Source: Octopus vulgaris
Taxonomy: Eukaryota
Reading direction: 5' to 3'
NCBI GenBank assembly: GCA_951406725.2
Contig: OX597818.1
Span: forward strand, 76,818,001 to 76,882,000
DNA length: 64,000 nucleotides
In this document: positions 52,943 to 64,000 of the stretch, piece by piece
Layout: each line of letters starts with the position of its first letter
Numbering within the stretch: the first letter of the stretch is position 1
The notes under the pieces: model-generated
Database searches by the model: none
What the model saw: only the letters and a program-made list of their open reading frames with translations
Told to the model about the DNA's origin: nothing
Position numbers and translations under genes: made by a program

Positions 52943-55049
52943 GGTTTTGATTTTGATTTTTCCAGTTTCAGCTCATGAGCTGTGGCCATGCTGGGGCACC
53001 GCCATTTGGTTTGCTACATGATTTTACCTCACGAATGCTTTTAGCAACTGCCATTTGGTGCATGAGAGAGTTCGATGCAGCTGCCCTCATCTGCACCTCC
53101 TGCTGTGAAGTTGGTTCATCCGGGACACCTGACAGGAAGAGATCCAGTCCTACTTTAAAGACATCCACATCTACACCATGCAGGTCCCTCAGGTTCTTCG
53201 GGAGGATATTGAAGAGCTGTGGGCCTCTGAAGCCCAGTATCTTGTCCTACATCTTGATGGCAAATTTGGAGTCCTTGGTACCACGCAGTGGTGCCCGGTT
53301 CTGGCATTTGTGTGACTCTCGATGCCAAAGTTTGGGACAAGTCCTTCCAGGATCTTCCAGATATATATTATGGCATATCTTTCTCACCTACGCTCCAAGG
53401 AATAGAGTTTTAATCTCTTGAGTCTTTCCCAGTAGCTTATATGCTGCACAGAGGCTATCTTCTTCGTGTAGCTTCGTTGGATCATCTCAAATTCTGTGAT
53501 CAACTTGACACTGGATGGTGACCATAGCTGAGAGCAATAGTCAAAGTGGCTTAGGACAAGTGTCTTCCAGAGGACCATCATGGTTTCTTGTTCTCTTGTT
53601 CTAAAGGTTCTAAGAATCCATCCGGCCAGCCGTCTACATTTCATTGCCAGTTTAGCAACATGTACATGAAAGGTTGCGTCATCACTCATGTGAATACCCA
53701 GGTCACGCACTGATTGTACCTCTGGGATTGCAATCCCTCCAGGTCCAGTGTATTCATTGGGTATTGCATTCAGTTTTGCATGCTGATAGCATAAAGCTTG
53801 AAACTTTTCAGCATTGAACTGCATGCTATTCTTTTCAGCCCACTTGTATATTTTGTCCAGCTCACATTGCAGGTGCTTAGTGTCTTCAGGGTTCTGTATT
53901 GCCTGTGAAACTTTTTTATCATCTGCATAACTTGTGATCGTGGCTCTCTGCGTGGCTGAGGGCATGTCTGAGAGGGCCATTATGAACAGTAGTGGTCCCA
54001 AAACAGTGCCCTGCGGAACACCGCTCACTATTTGCGTGTTAATGGAAGTGGCCCCATTGGCTACTACCACCTGACTTCTATCCTTCAGAAAGTCATGAAG
54101 CCATTCTCCCAATTTTCCAACTATGCCAAGATCACACAGTTTGTGACATATCATTCCATGATCGACTTTATCAAAGGCCTTTGCAAAGCCGAGATATATC
54201 ACTTCCACATTTGAGTGGTTGAGCAGTCGTTTCAGCACCCAGTCATAGTGTTGTAGGAGCTGAGTTAAGCAGCTTCTTCCTGGTCGGAAACCATGTTAGG
54301 TGTCAGGCAGCAAGTCATTCTCTTCAAGGAAGGTGATTAGTTTCCTTCTGACTATTCGTTCCATGACCTTGCTGATGTGTGAGGTCAGAGAGATAGGTCT
54401 GTAGTTCTTGGCCTCCGCTCTGCTACCTCCTTTATGAATAGGGCATATTTTACCTTCCTTCAGTTTTCTTGGAAGTTTGCCAGTTGCAAGGAAGCTCTGA
54501 AAGAGAGACTGCAGTGGTCTTGCTAGGACTCTCTTACATACTTTTAGAAGGATTGCCGGGAATCCATCGGGGCCAGTAGCTGAGTTTGTTTTCATCTCAT
54601 CTATAGCCTTTATTACATCGTCTTCCTTTATATTGATGTAATCAATCATCGCCGCCTCTGACCCCATATCTGCAGTGGTGAAGAAGTCAGTTGGATTGTT
54701 GATTTGGAAATGCCCAAGGGGTGGGGGTGAAAACACTCTTGAATTGCTCATTTAGTATTTCACTTACCCTCATTGGATTTCCTGTGAGTGTGCCATCCCT
54801 TTCAAGGAGTGGCCCTATCCTACAGTGCACCGTAGCTGTTTCTTTGGCATACCTGTAGAAAGCTCTGGGGTTAGATTTTATGTTGTCTATAGCCCAGGCT
54901 TCTTTGTCTGCTCTTTCCTTTTCATGGGAGAGTTGCAGACATTTTTCAATTTCCAACAGTTTCATTTTCAGGCGGGACTTTTCACTGCTTTCAATTTGTT
55001 TGTTTAGGCGATTTGAGATTTTTGTACGCCGTCTCATTAGAATTTTCCT
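52943..55049 (-). mobile_element. 5'-truncated CR1-group LINE with disrupted reverse transcriptase
   Basis: Consecutive ORF pieces carry NYRPISLTS, YLGFAKAFDKVDH, SGVPQGTVLGPLLF, YADD and SYWERLKRLKLYSLERR; frameshift near 54720, stops near 54296 and 53384; first catalytic Asp reads Gly; (aaaatc)n tail; TA-rich microsatellite on both flanks. Confidence 0.92.
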
Positions 55050-55052
55050 CTA

Positions 55053-55096
<44 letters not shown>

Positions 55097-55097
<1 letters not shown>

Positions 55098-55385
55098 TAG
55101 CAGTATCGCCCGGCGTTGCTCAGGTTTGTAAGGGAAATAACTATATAAGCATTTTTAGAGAGTTACTTCCCTTATATAAACCGAGCAAAAGATGCATTAA
55201 AAATGCAAAAAAATTATGGTAAATTTTTTTATCATCGCGCTAATACCCAGAAGGGCTTGATATGAATCACGACTATAAGATACGCACTTTTGGTTAAACT
55301 GCACCGCAAAATGTGGGAGTAGTTAGGAATCTAAATCGGAGGAGACAGACTCTCACACACACAACTTCAGTTTTATATATAAAGA
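55097..55385 (-). mobile_element. Non-autonomous Helitron
   Basis: On -: starts TC (a|tctttatatataaaac), ends CTAG (ctgctag|t), with a GC-rich subterminal hairpin (ctgagcaacgccggg); inserted between A and T with no TSD. Confidence 0.75.
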
Positions 55386-55452
55386 TATATTTATATATAT
55401 ATATATATATAAAGAGAAAGACACTTTTATAAAAAGTTTTGGTTGTACTTAC

Positions 55453-56021
55453 CACTAAGCTGACCTCAGGGAACATTTGGAGCTGTTTGTCCGTGGCATA
55501 TATAGGGGAGACTAAGGGATTTTGGATGAGGGTCAGCTTGAGGAACCGTTCCATGGCTGATTGTACATTAGAAGAATCAAAGGAAGAATGATGTGGGGGT
55601 CGAAGAACATTTTCAGTTTTGTTGAATACTGGAGTAGAAAGGCTGCGGGGTAAATGACCATCAGGATGAGGCACATGACCAGGAGATGAAGCAGATGAAA
55701 GAGGTAAGTCAGCCCCAGGAATATAGTAAGATTCATGAGGTAAATACTGTTTAGGGAGATGTGAATTTGTCTTTTGATCATCACCGCCACCACCACCACC
55801 ATCATCCTCATCATCATCATCACTGTCATCAGGAGAAAAGAATTCAGTCAAATCTGAAGATAAAGATTCAGAAGTTTCACAATCGTAATTGCTAACATCT
55901 TTGATTTTTCTAGAATTGTCCAAAGAATCCTCATCTTTCTCTGTTGAAGGAGTTTCACAGTCTTCTTCCAGAACTGGTTGGTTGCAATAGTCACTAGACA
56001 CAGTACTTGTTCCAATGTAGG
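55453..56021 (-). CDS. LIPE: LIPE exon encoding the regulatory insert
   Basis: cag|CC TAC (AYIG, human AYAG)...QNPLVSPIYATDKQLQMFPEVSLV|gtaagt; acidic, S-rich middle; phase 1-0. Confidence 0.92.
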
Positions 56022-56084
56022 CTGAAAAATATTAAAATTTTTATTAATGATAGTGTTGTTACTAAAGAACATTCATGCATCACT

Positions 56085-56840
56085 ATATCTATAGCCTTAG
56101 TTTGTATGGCCTTTGCAATATACAACAGACAGTTAGTTCTACAGGACACACTGTTCTAAAGCCTTAGGTCTATGGAACAGTTTTGTTATCATTTTAGCTC
56201 TATAGGACATAGCTTCTATACCCACAGCTCTATGGGGAAGTGTTCTGCAGCCTTAGTCCTCTGATGCAATTTCTTTATCCTTAGGCCTATGAAACACAGT
56301 GTTTCTTTAGTCTACAGGACACAGTATTGTACAGGCTTAGCCCTATGGGATACAGTGTTCTTTGTAATTCTACAAGACAATTTTTGTATAGCCTTAGCTC
56401 TTCTGAGTAAGTTTTTCTGTTGCCTGAGCTCTATGGGACACGGTTTTCATAGCATTAGTTCTAAGAGATAAATTTTTCTATAGGCTTAGCTCTACAGAAC
56501 ACAGTGTTCTATGACTCCAGTTCTATAAGATACATTGTCTCTATAACCTTAGCTCTATGGATCAAGATCTCCTACAGCTTTAGTCCAATGAGACTCAGCA
56601 CAAAGGGATACATGTTCTTAAGTTTTAGCTCTATGGGATATACTGTTTTATAGTCTGAACTCTATGGGTTACAGTTTCTATCACCTTAGTTGTTTGGATC
56701 AAAGCTTTGTAGCCTTTGTTCTACAGGTCATAGTGTTTCTATGGGGCACAATGTTTTGACAGGTTTCACTCTTCAGTCTATTATGGCCTCAGTTCTACAG
56801 GACAGTGTTTCTATATCCCTAGCTTTATGGGACACATCTA
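56085..56840. repeat. Degenerate ~31-bp minisatellite in a LIPE intron
   Basis: Unit approximately ccttagctctatgggacacagtgttctatag, about 20 or more copies. Confidence 0.85.
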
Positions 56841-57188
56841 TTATGGGATTCTTTCAGCTTCTGTCAACCAAATCTTTTCACAAGGCTTTGATCATGCTTT
56901 CAGTGGTAGTGTGTGGCACCAAAATATCAACACAATATGACTGAACCTGAAACCATGTGTTTTGGAACCAAATTCTTTAACCGTATTGCCACACCTCCAC
57001 CTATATATATATATAGACACACACACTCACACACACACACACACACACATACATAAGGATTGCTTTATACCTTCCTTAATCTGTTAAGGCTTACCAGTTA
57101 TGGAAAGATGTTTAAACTAAGGAAATTAATAATCAAAAAACAACTAAAGCAAATACAAATCTATTAAGTATTTCATAGTATTTCTTAC

Positions 57189-57407
57189 CATCTAAACATT
57201 TGAGCATGACACCAACAGGTAGCAATGGATCCATAACACTAAGTAGACGAGATGGAGATGGAACTATACTGATTAATGCTGATGTGTACACAGCTAGGAT
57301 TCCATCTGGGATACGAATATTAGAGTCAATGGCACGCAGTGTCACCGCCAATACCAGATTTCCACCAGCACTGTCACCAGTAAAGCAGATTCTTTCTCCA
57401 GTCCAAC
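57189..57407 (-). CDS. LIPE: LIPE exon with catalytic Ser (GDSAGGNL)
   Basis: GWTGERICFTGDSAGGNL...SPSRLLSVMDPLLP; tag|...|gtaag; phase 1-1. Confidence 0.96.
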
Positions 57408-57489
57408 CTAGGAAAATAGATAACACAATAGTAAAATATATATACATATATGTGTGTGTCTTTACAAACATGAGAAAATGGCCTGAATA

Positions 57490-58230
57490 TGGTTGTTTCC
57501 ACCAACTTATCCAATGTCAACTTCTTAGATGCCATCCTAGACCTCTGGACATGTAAATATTATCCCTACAGAAAATGTAATAATGAAACTGCTTACATCT
57601 ATAGAAACTCAAATCAGTCACCATCAGCTGTAATTAGAAACTTAGTCACAAGCATCAATAGAAAGACCTACAACAAGGCACAAGTAAGAAGTGGCTTTAC
57701 TCATAAATTAAGGTCCCTACCCCTGTGAGTTAAAAAGAGAAAGGTGATCTGGTTCAATCCTCCATGCACTCTTGATGTATCCACTAACCTAGAAATTTCC
57801 CTTTCCTAATGAAACAACATTTCCCAAGCATACGTAAGTATCATGAATTCTGTAATTCCCATAACATTAATGTTAGCTATGTGAAGATACACACACAGTC
57901 CATCCTATACCTTACACTGAAATCAGGAGAAATGTGTCTCTCAAACACTGTGTGCTATACAAGCTATCTTTACAGTATCCAATGATATTACAAGGTACTT
58001 GACATGTATAACAGCCAATGATTTCAAGAAATGATTTACACAATATATGCACTCCTTCTAGGGTAGAGATAAGGAAACTTAACCTTCCTGTCCTAGCTCA
58101 ACTGGAAACTCCTCGATCAAGGAACCAACTTTTCCAACATCATATGGAGCATCTTTGACAGTATCTTTTTCATCTGCCCAAGAGCTCATGACTGCCAAAC
58201 TCTGTATTCATGAGAAACTGTATATACTAC
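57490..58230 (+). mobile_element. Degenerate Penelope-like element (RT C-terminus + GIY-YIG region)
   Basis: TNLSNVNFLDAILDL...YYPYRK...YIYRNSN, then IWFNPP (57747) and a decayed nuclease region; multiple frameshifts. Confidence 0.75.
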
Positions 58231-58901
58231 TTTACATTTATGAATTTGAGTTGCAAGATTCCTGAAGTGAAGTTGTGTGTTGAAACAAATATTGTTGTAT
58301 TTCAGGATGGTCATTTTTTGCCCAAACAAACACACACACACTATATATTTGTTCTTCACTTGCTTATTACTGTTCTTAGTCTAATTCATGTCCACTGTCT
58401 GAAAATCTTATACTACAGTATCCATCAACAGGAATACTGATCAAACCTATTGTTGTCACTACATAAACATCCTATTAATGAACTTCACACTATTGGTCAT
58501 TGATATTCTGTAAAGACCACCTTAGTGATAGCTAGCTCATGCACAATTAAAGAGTAAACAATCTCCACTTGTTCATAATGAAATTATTTTCCATTTTTAT
58601 TCTTTCTACATTTTTGCTTTGCTCTGCACCCATTAACATATCATGCAAAGTTGTTGTGTGCTGTATTTCTAGATGGGTACTGGTGGGCCACAATGAATGA
58701 TGATAATGTTCCATCATCATGGCTCAGCAGTATCCAGCTACAATTTATACCATATTCAACCATAAACTGTTTTCTCTCTCTCTCTCTGTCTTTCATTCAT
58801 ATTTATATATCACATAAAGATTAATAAACACACACACACACACATATCGTCCAACACATGCTAGCATGGAAAGCAGACGTTAATCGATGATGATGATGAT
58901 G

Positions 58902-58942
<41 letters not shown>

Positions 58943-59210
58943 CCATACACAGCTACACATGACACATAAAATGATATGTATCCAGACACCACCAGACCAC
59001 TTACATTGCTACATTCCTCTCATCACTATTACTATCTCACATCACTAACAGGTCATCAACTACCAAAACATAAGCATAAATTCTCTCTCAGTATTAGCAT
59101 GAATATAATTATCTGGGATTGTAGTGTTAAAAGCCATCTTCAAATTTTCATCTGAAGAAGTAGTAGCTCAAATGCACCTCCAAAATTTTGCATAATGTGG
59201 AGCCGAGTCT

Positions 59211-59439
59211 TTAACCTTTTAACTATGAAATAAATTTCATGCTTATTTCCAATAATGATGTTAAATATCTACCCAAAAAATAGAATCAGTATTTTCTGGA
59301 AAGTCACCTTGCCTCGATAAACTTGACATATCTGAACAAAAAATAATTTCAAACATGACATTCCTCAACAAAAGATAGATTGTTATATAAAACTGTTTCC
59401 CATGGTGAATTTCAAGTGGATCCACAGTAAAAGGGTTAA
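59211..59439. mobile_element. TTAA-flanked MITE (third family)
   Basis: ttaaccttttaactatg ... cacagtaaaagggttaa imperfect TIRs. Confidence 0.55.
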
Positions 59440-59588
59440 TGTAATGTAAATAAGACCAGTCTTAAACATAAGGTAAATAATTTATCAGTGTTAGATGTAA
59501 AGTAAATCCAACATTAGTTTTCAATGTAATGTATAATTTTTAAAACTAAAAACTTTAATTGTAGCAAAATTTCTGTTTTTATACATAC

Positions 59589-59733
59589 CAACTTGTTCAG
59601 GATTTTTCAAAACCCAAGCATAAAGATAAAAACATTCTTCTAAAGCTCGTGGAAATGGGTTTTCTGGTGCCAGAGAATAATCTACAGACACAATTGGCAC
59701 TTTGAGGTCATGAGCCCATTGACGAAGGTAAAC
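59589..59733 (-). CDS. LIPE: LIPE exon (DYSLAPE)
   Basis: Manual translation [48 protein letters not shown]; tag|...|gtatgt; phase 0-1. Confidence 0.95.
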
Positions 59734-60289
59734 CTAGAAAGATCAGTAAGAATAAATTAACAACAACAATATTGTAACGAAAGGGAGGATAAAGGACATT
59801 GGACCAATGCACAACATATTTGAGGTTTTAATTTTCTAATGTGCAGTAATATATCTGACTCACAAAAAAAAGAAATGTACATGTTCTAAAGAAGAAATAA
59901 GCAAGTAAAATCCAAATACATAAGCAAAGGTATCGCACTTTACAATGTACATTAGAAAAACAATAGAAATAGGACAACTCCTTGAATTTAAAATAAAATA
60001 ACCAATAGATAACATAATATGAACCAACAAAAGCACCACAACACACACATACTAAACACATAAACCTGCATTAAAAAAAACACAAGAGAAATGACCACAC
60101 ATACCTAACCCTTTTCTTACCATGTTTTTGTTGGTTTACATTGTCTTTGTTTCAGTTGATTTTGAAAATAATGAAGAGTTTAGTGAAGTAACCCTATCAT
60201 TATGAAACTAGTGTCTAGAACTTAAAGTAACATAAAATTTTGATGGAGGATTTCAATTTAGAATACTCTAAAGCAGGAAAGCAATGATG

Positions 60290-60670
60290 CTCCATTTAAT
60301 GTTGGGAAAGTTGTTTCCTTGATCCTGCAGTCTACAGATGAGTCAGATCAGGGAAGTTAAATCTTCCCTGTACTCTAGACAGAGTGCATATGTTGCATAA
60401 ATCTTATCTTGAAAACACTGGCTGTTACACCTGTGAAGTGTCACTGGATAGAGTGAAAATAGCTCTATAGCCAACAGCCTTTGGGAGACGTGTTTCTCCT
60501 GGTGAGCAGTTTGGTAGGATTTCAGCTATTACAAAGTAAGATACGGAATCTCTCCCTCTCCCTCTCTGTATGCATGAGAGAGAGAGTGCATAGCTAACCT
60601 TAATGTTATGAGCATTACAGGGTTTGTGATATCTTTGTGTTGGGAAATACTGTTTAACTAAGGAATTCAT
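60290..60670 (-). mobile_element. Second Penelope-like fragment
   Basis: LVKQYFPTQRYHKPCNAHNIKVSY; the DNA resembles 57810-58150 in the opposite orientation. Confidence 0.62.
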
Positions 60671-61009
60671 CTATTTAATATTTACTTATTTATTTAAAAG
60701 CAAGGGTAAACTTAAAAGATAGTTTGGTTTCAAAAGGTTTAAAGAGTTCTCCAAACACAAAGAAAATATTTACAGACAAACGACAAAAACAAAGAAATAA
60801 ACATGACTTAACAAAAACACAAAGAAAAAAACTAAAACCCAAAATGATGAAAACAACAGAAATCTCCATGGAAACAAAAAAGACAGCTACATCAAAATCA
60901 TTGTTTCAACTTTCACATTTAACAAAGGGTTAACAGTGAGAAGGACCTCACAGAAACAATACAGAAAATGGAAGTGCACATAGAGTAAGTTAAAAAAAAA
61001 TAATCTTAC

Positions 61010-61132
61010 CTCATGGGACTTTGAAGACTGAGCAACAAACCCTCCACCATGAATATGGAAAAGTAGGTTAGGTGATGGTGGCTGTGCTTTGCTTGGTAGA
61101 CGGATAATTAGGTGGTCTTTTAAAAGTTTTTC
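61010..61132 (-). CDS. LIPE: LIPE exon with HGGG oxyanion motif
   Basis: Manual translation EKLLKDHLIIRLPSKAQPPSPNLLFHIHGGGFVAQSSKSHE; cag|...|gtaag; 123 nt. Confidence 0.95.
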
Positions 61133-61579
61133 CTGTAAAATTAAACAATGTAAAAATTCTCAATGTTTAAGATTTTTATGTGAAATATATTTGCCAAATA
61201 AATTGGAGAGAGACAGGTGGAGGATGAGGAAATGACAAAATAGTTATGAGAAGAGTTCAACAAATGAGTAATTTGTTTTATTTAGAGGTAATAAATGTTA
61301 GTATTGATTTCATCATTTTATATAAACACCAAGAAATGATAAAGGGACAAGCAAAAGTGTTTCGCTCTAGAGAAAATGCATGGCTACCTCATATTATATA
61401 AGGGTGTGTGTGTGTGTGTAGACAGTAGTGATAGGGTGTCAGAGCAAACTTTCAAAGAGCACAAGAGATTACAGACAGTGGATCAAATGGGAATAGAGGG
61501 GATAGTTTTACAAGAATGTGAGGAAAGAGTAACAGACATTAGAGATAGGGATAGAAGTGGTTATAAGGACCCCCTATGG

Positions 61580-61890
61580 TCATGAATGACCATGGGATTG
61601 CACCTAGAAAGTTACCCTCCAAAGCACAAGTCAGGGCAACGTTTTATGGAAGACCAGCAGTTGCCCCTACATACCATCCTCCCCTCTCCATGCCACTGAT
61701 GTTATCCAAGGGAAAGGCAAAGGCTGATACAGCTTGGCACCAGTGATGTTGCAACTCATTTCTACAGCTGAATGAACTAGAGCAATGTGAAATAAAGTGC
61801 CTTGCTCAAGAACAAGCCAGTCTGAGAATCGAACTCACTACCTCATGATTGTGAACCTGACACTGAAATCACTGAGCCACGCATCTTCAA
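61580..61890 (-). mobile_element. tRNA-derived SINE (family 3)
   Basis: On -: tggctcagtgatt (A box), gagttcgattct (B box), then ttgagcaaggcactttatttcacattgctc; related copies near 40250-40500(+) and 1625-1915(-). Confidence 0.6.
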
Positions 61891-62551
61891 AGGAGTGGAG
61901 GTGCGGCTTAATGCGAAATATCAGTATGGGAAGTAAAGGGGAAGAGATAGTGGTGAAGACTTTACATATTGTTAGTTAGAGTTTCATGTAACGAATAATC
62001 ACAGTCATGATTATTTAGAATACTACAGTTTACAAATATCTATAAATGGGTGCAGGGAAAATTATTTAGCCACTCAATGAATATATGTTTAAAGCTGATG
62101 GGACAGGGCATTATTAGTATTCAAAATAACAGGAACCAATCGAATGAAAACACAACTGACCATAATAACAAGTGAGCTGAAACTAAATTAAAAGCTGAAT
62201 ATAAATCATCTATATATGTAAAAAGAGGGAAAATACAGTGGTGACACTAAGTTCAACTAACACACAATATCAAGGCAAGAAGACAGTAAAATAGACACAC
62301 ACCCATGCACATACATATGTATGATAGGCTTCTTTCAGTTTTCATCTTCCAAATCCACTCATAAGGCTTAGGTCAGCCTGAGGCTATAGAGGAAGACACC
62401 TGCCCAAGTTACTACGCAGTGAAACTGAATCCAAAACCTTGTAGTTGAGAAACAAAGTTCTTAACTACACACACATATATTTGTACCTGTAATAAAATCT
62501 TTTTGAAGAAAGATTCTTTTATCTAAATTTGGTAATAATGAAGATACTTAC

Positions 62552-62740
62552 CTGTCCTTGAAGGAGATCAAATGACAACAAACGGAACTGAAGATTAGTT
62601 AAGCCACTGTAGATTGATGGTGCTTCAATACATAGAGTTTCCTTTCCCTTGGAATCGGTCTTTGGCAACTCTATAGGAACTGGTTCTATTTTAAGAACAG
62701 AGTTTACTTGAAGTATGAAGCCTGACAGTAGTGACATCCG
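62552..62740 (-). CDS. LIPE: Hormone-sensitive lipase, first visible exon (end of N-terminal domain)
   Basis: cag|CGG...CAG|gtaagt; LQFRLLSFDLLQGQ resembles human HSL VLVRLISYDLREGQ. Confidence 0.88.
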
Positions 62741-63114
62741 CTGAAAAATTAAAGATGATAAATAATAGAAAACAGTAATATACAGTACAATTCTGAAAAC
62801 CAAGTTGAGTTGTTTCAACAAATTACTAATGAAAGGTCTATGACCCTCTGACTTACTGTGTTGTAGCAGAGTTGTAGCAGAGTCAGGGGAGCTACTTCTA
62901 TCAATAATGGTTTCAAATTTTAGTACAAGGCCAGCAACTAAAGTAGGTCTTTAGAGTATTTTCATAAAGCATTGGATGAACTTGGTGACTAACACCAGAG
63001 CTAAACTGATGATAGAAGAAGGCCCTAAGTAATCGGGTGTCTTCCCTGCATGCCACATGGCCAACCCACTTCAGATGTGCTTTGATAAGGAAACTCTCTG
63101 TGCCTAGTATCTCA

Positions 63115-63315
63115 TTTACTTGTTTCAGTCATTTGACTGCGGCCATGCTGGAGCACTGCCTTTAGTTGAGGAAATCGACCCCAGGACTTATTCTTTGTAA
63201 GCCTAGGACTTATTCTATCGGTCTCTTTTGCCGAACTGCTAAGTTACAGGGACGTAAACACACCAGCATCGGTTGTCAAGCGATGTTGGAGGGGACAAAC
63301 ACAACACACAAACAT

Positions 63316-63354
<39 letters not shown>

Positions 63355-63521
63355 TACGATAGGCTTCTTTCAGTTTCCGTCTACCAAATCCACTCACAAG
63401 GCTTTGGTCGGCCCGAGGCTATAGTAGAAGACACTTGCCCAAGGTGCCATGCAGTGGGACTGAACCCGGAACCATGTGGTTGGTAAGCAAGCTACTTACC
63501 ACACAGCCACTCCTACGCCTA
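63115..63521 (-). mobile_element. Family-1 SINE, well-preserved copy
   Basis: Complete head-to-tail match to other copies; retains CpGs, so probably young. Confidence 0.88.
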
Positions 63522-64000
63522 TGTCACAGCTTACAAGAACCTCTGTCAAATAAACCAATACCAGTATATTACTACTACTAATTTTATTGATGTCAGAGAG
63601 CCTGAAGACAAAGACAATGTGTAATGTAGCAGATTTAGAAGTATATGAAAGTATCAGCCATGTAGAGTATAAATGTAGGATGGTGGCAGGAAAAGAATAC
63701 AATGTAAAATACTGTTGGGTTGAAAGAAATGATACACTGAGAGATTAGGACAAAATTTGGACTTAAATGATAAATGACATGAACATCATCATCACCATCA
63801 AAATCATTTGTTGTCAGTTTCCATACTGGTAGAGTTTGACAGAATCCAGCAAGTCACAGGGCAGCATCAAGTTCCAATCAGCTTTGGCATGGTTTCTACA
63901 ACTGGATGCTTTTCCTGACCCTAACCACTTTACAGGATGTACTGGATATGTCTTCACACCAGCAGCACTAGTGAGGACACCAAGTAACTAGCAGGACAGG

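Noticed and set aside
52975-53421. 148-aa ORF on + and other ORFs antisense to the LINE
   Set aside because: Shadow ORFs of the CR1 element on the - strand.

Overview
AT-rich, microsatellite-dense eukaryotic genomic DNA; the SINE, RTE and MITE families suggest an octopus (inference). Two convergent intron-containing genes, both starting outside the window. (1) On +, the last 9 coding exons (1390-20351, 872 aa) of a SIK3-type salt-inducible kinase, ending in a MARK-like KA1 domain that vertebrate SIK3 is not known to have. (2) On -, the last 6 coding exons (62740-49798, 480 aa) of hormone-sensitive lipase (LIPE), with HGGG, GDSAG, Asp and His catalytic motifs. All junctions are GT-AG and phase-consistent. 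The rest is a repeat landscape: tRNA-derived SINEs, RTE, CR1 and Penelope fragments, piggyBac/hAT elements, a Helitron and degenerate minisatellites. Most notable non-coding signals: a head-to-head pair of hammerhead-ribozyme-like motifs forming a hairpin downstream of SIK3, a ~880-bp composite fold-back downstream of LIPE, a SINE/LINE shared 3' tail, nested transposons with an empty-site copy, and a 29-nt exon copy inside an intronic microsatellite. Most short ORFs in the track are repeat artefacts. Repeat boundaries are approximate.
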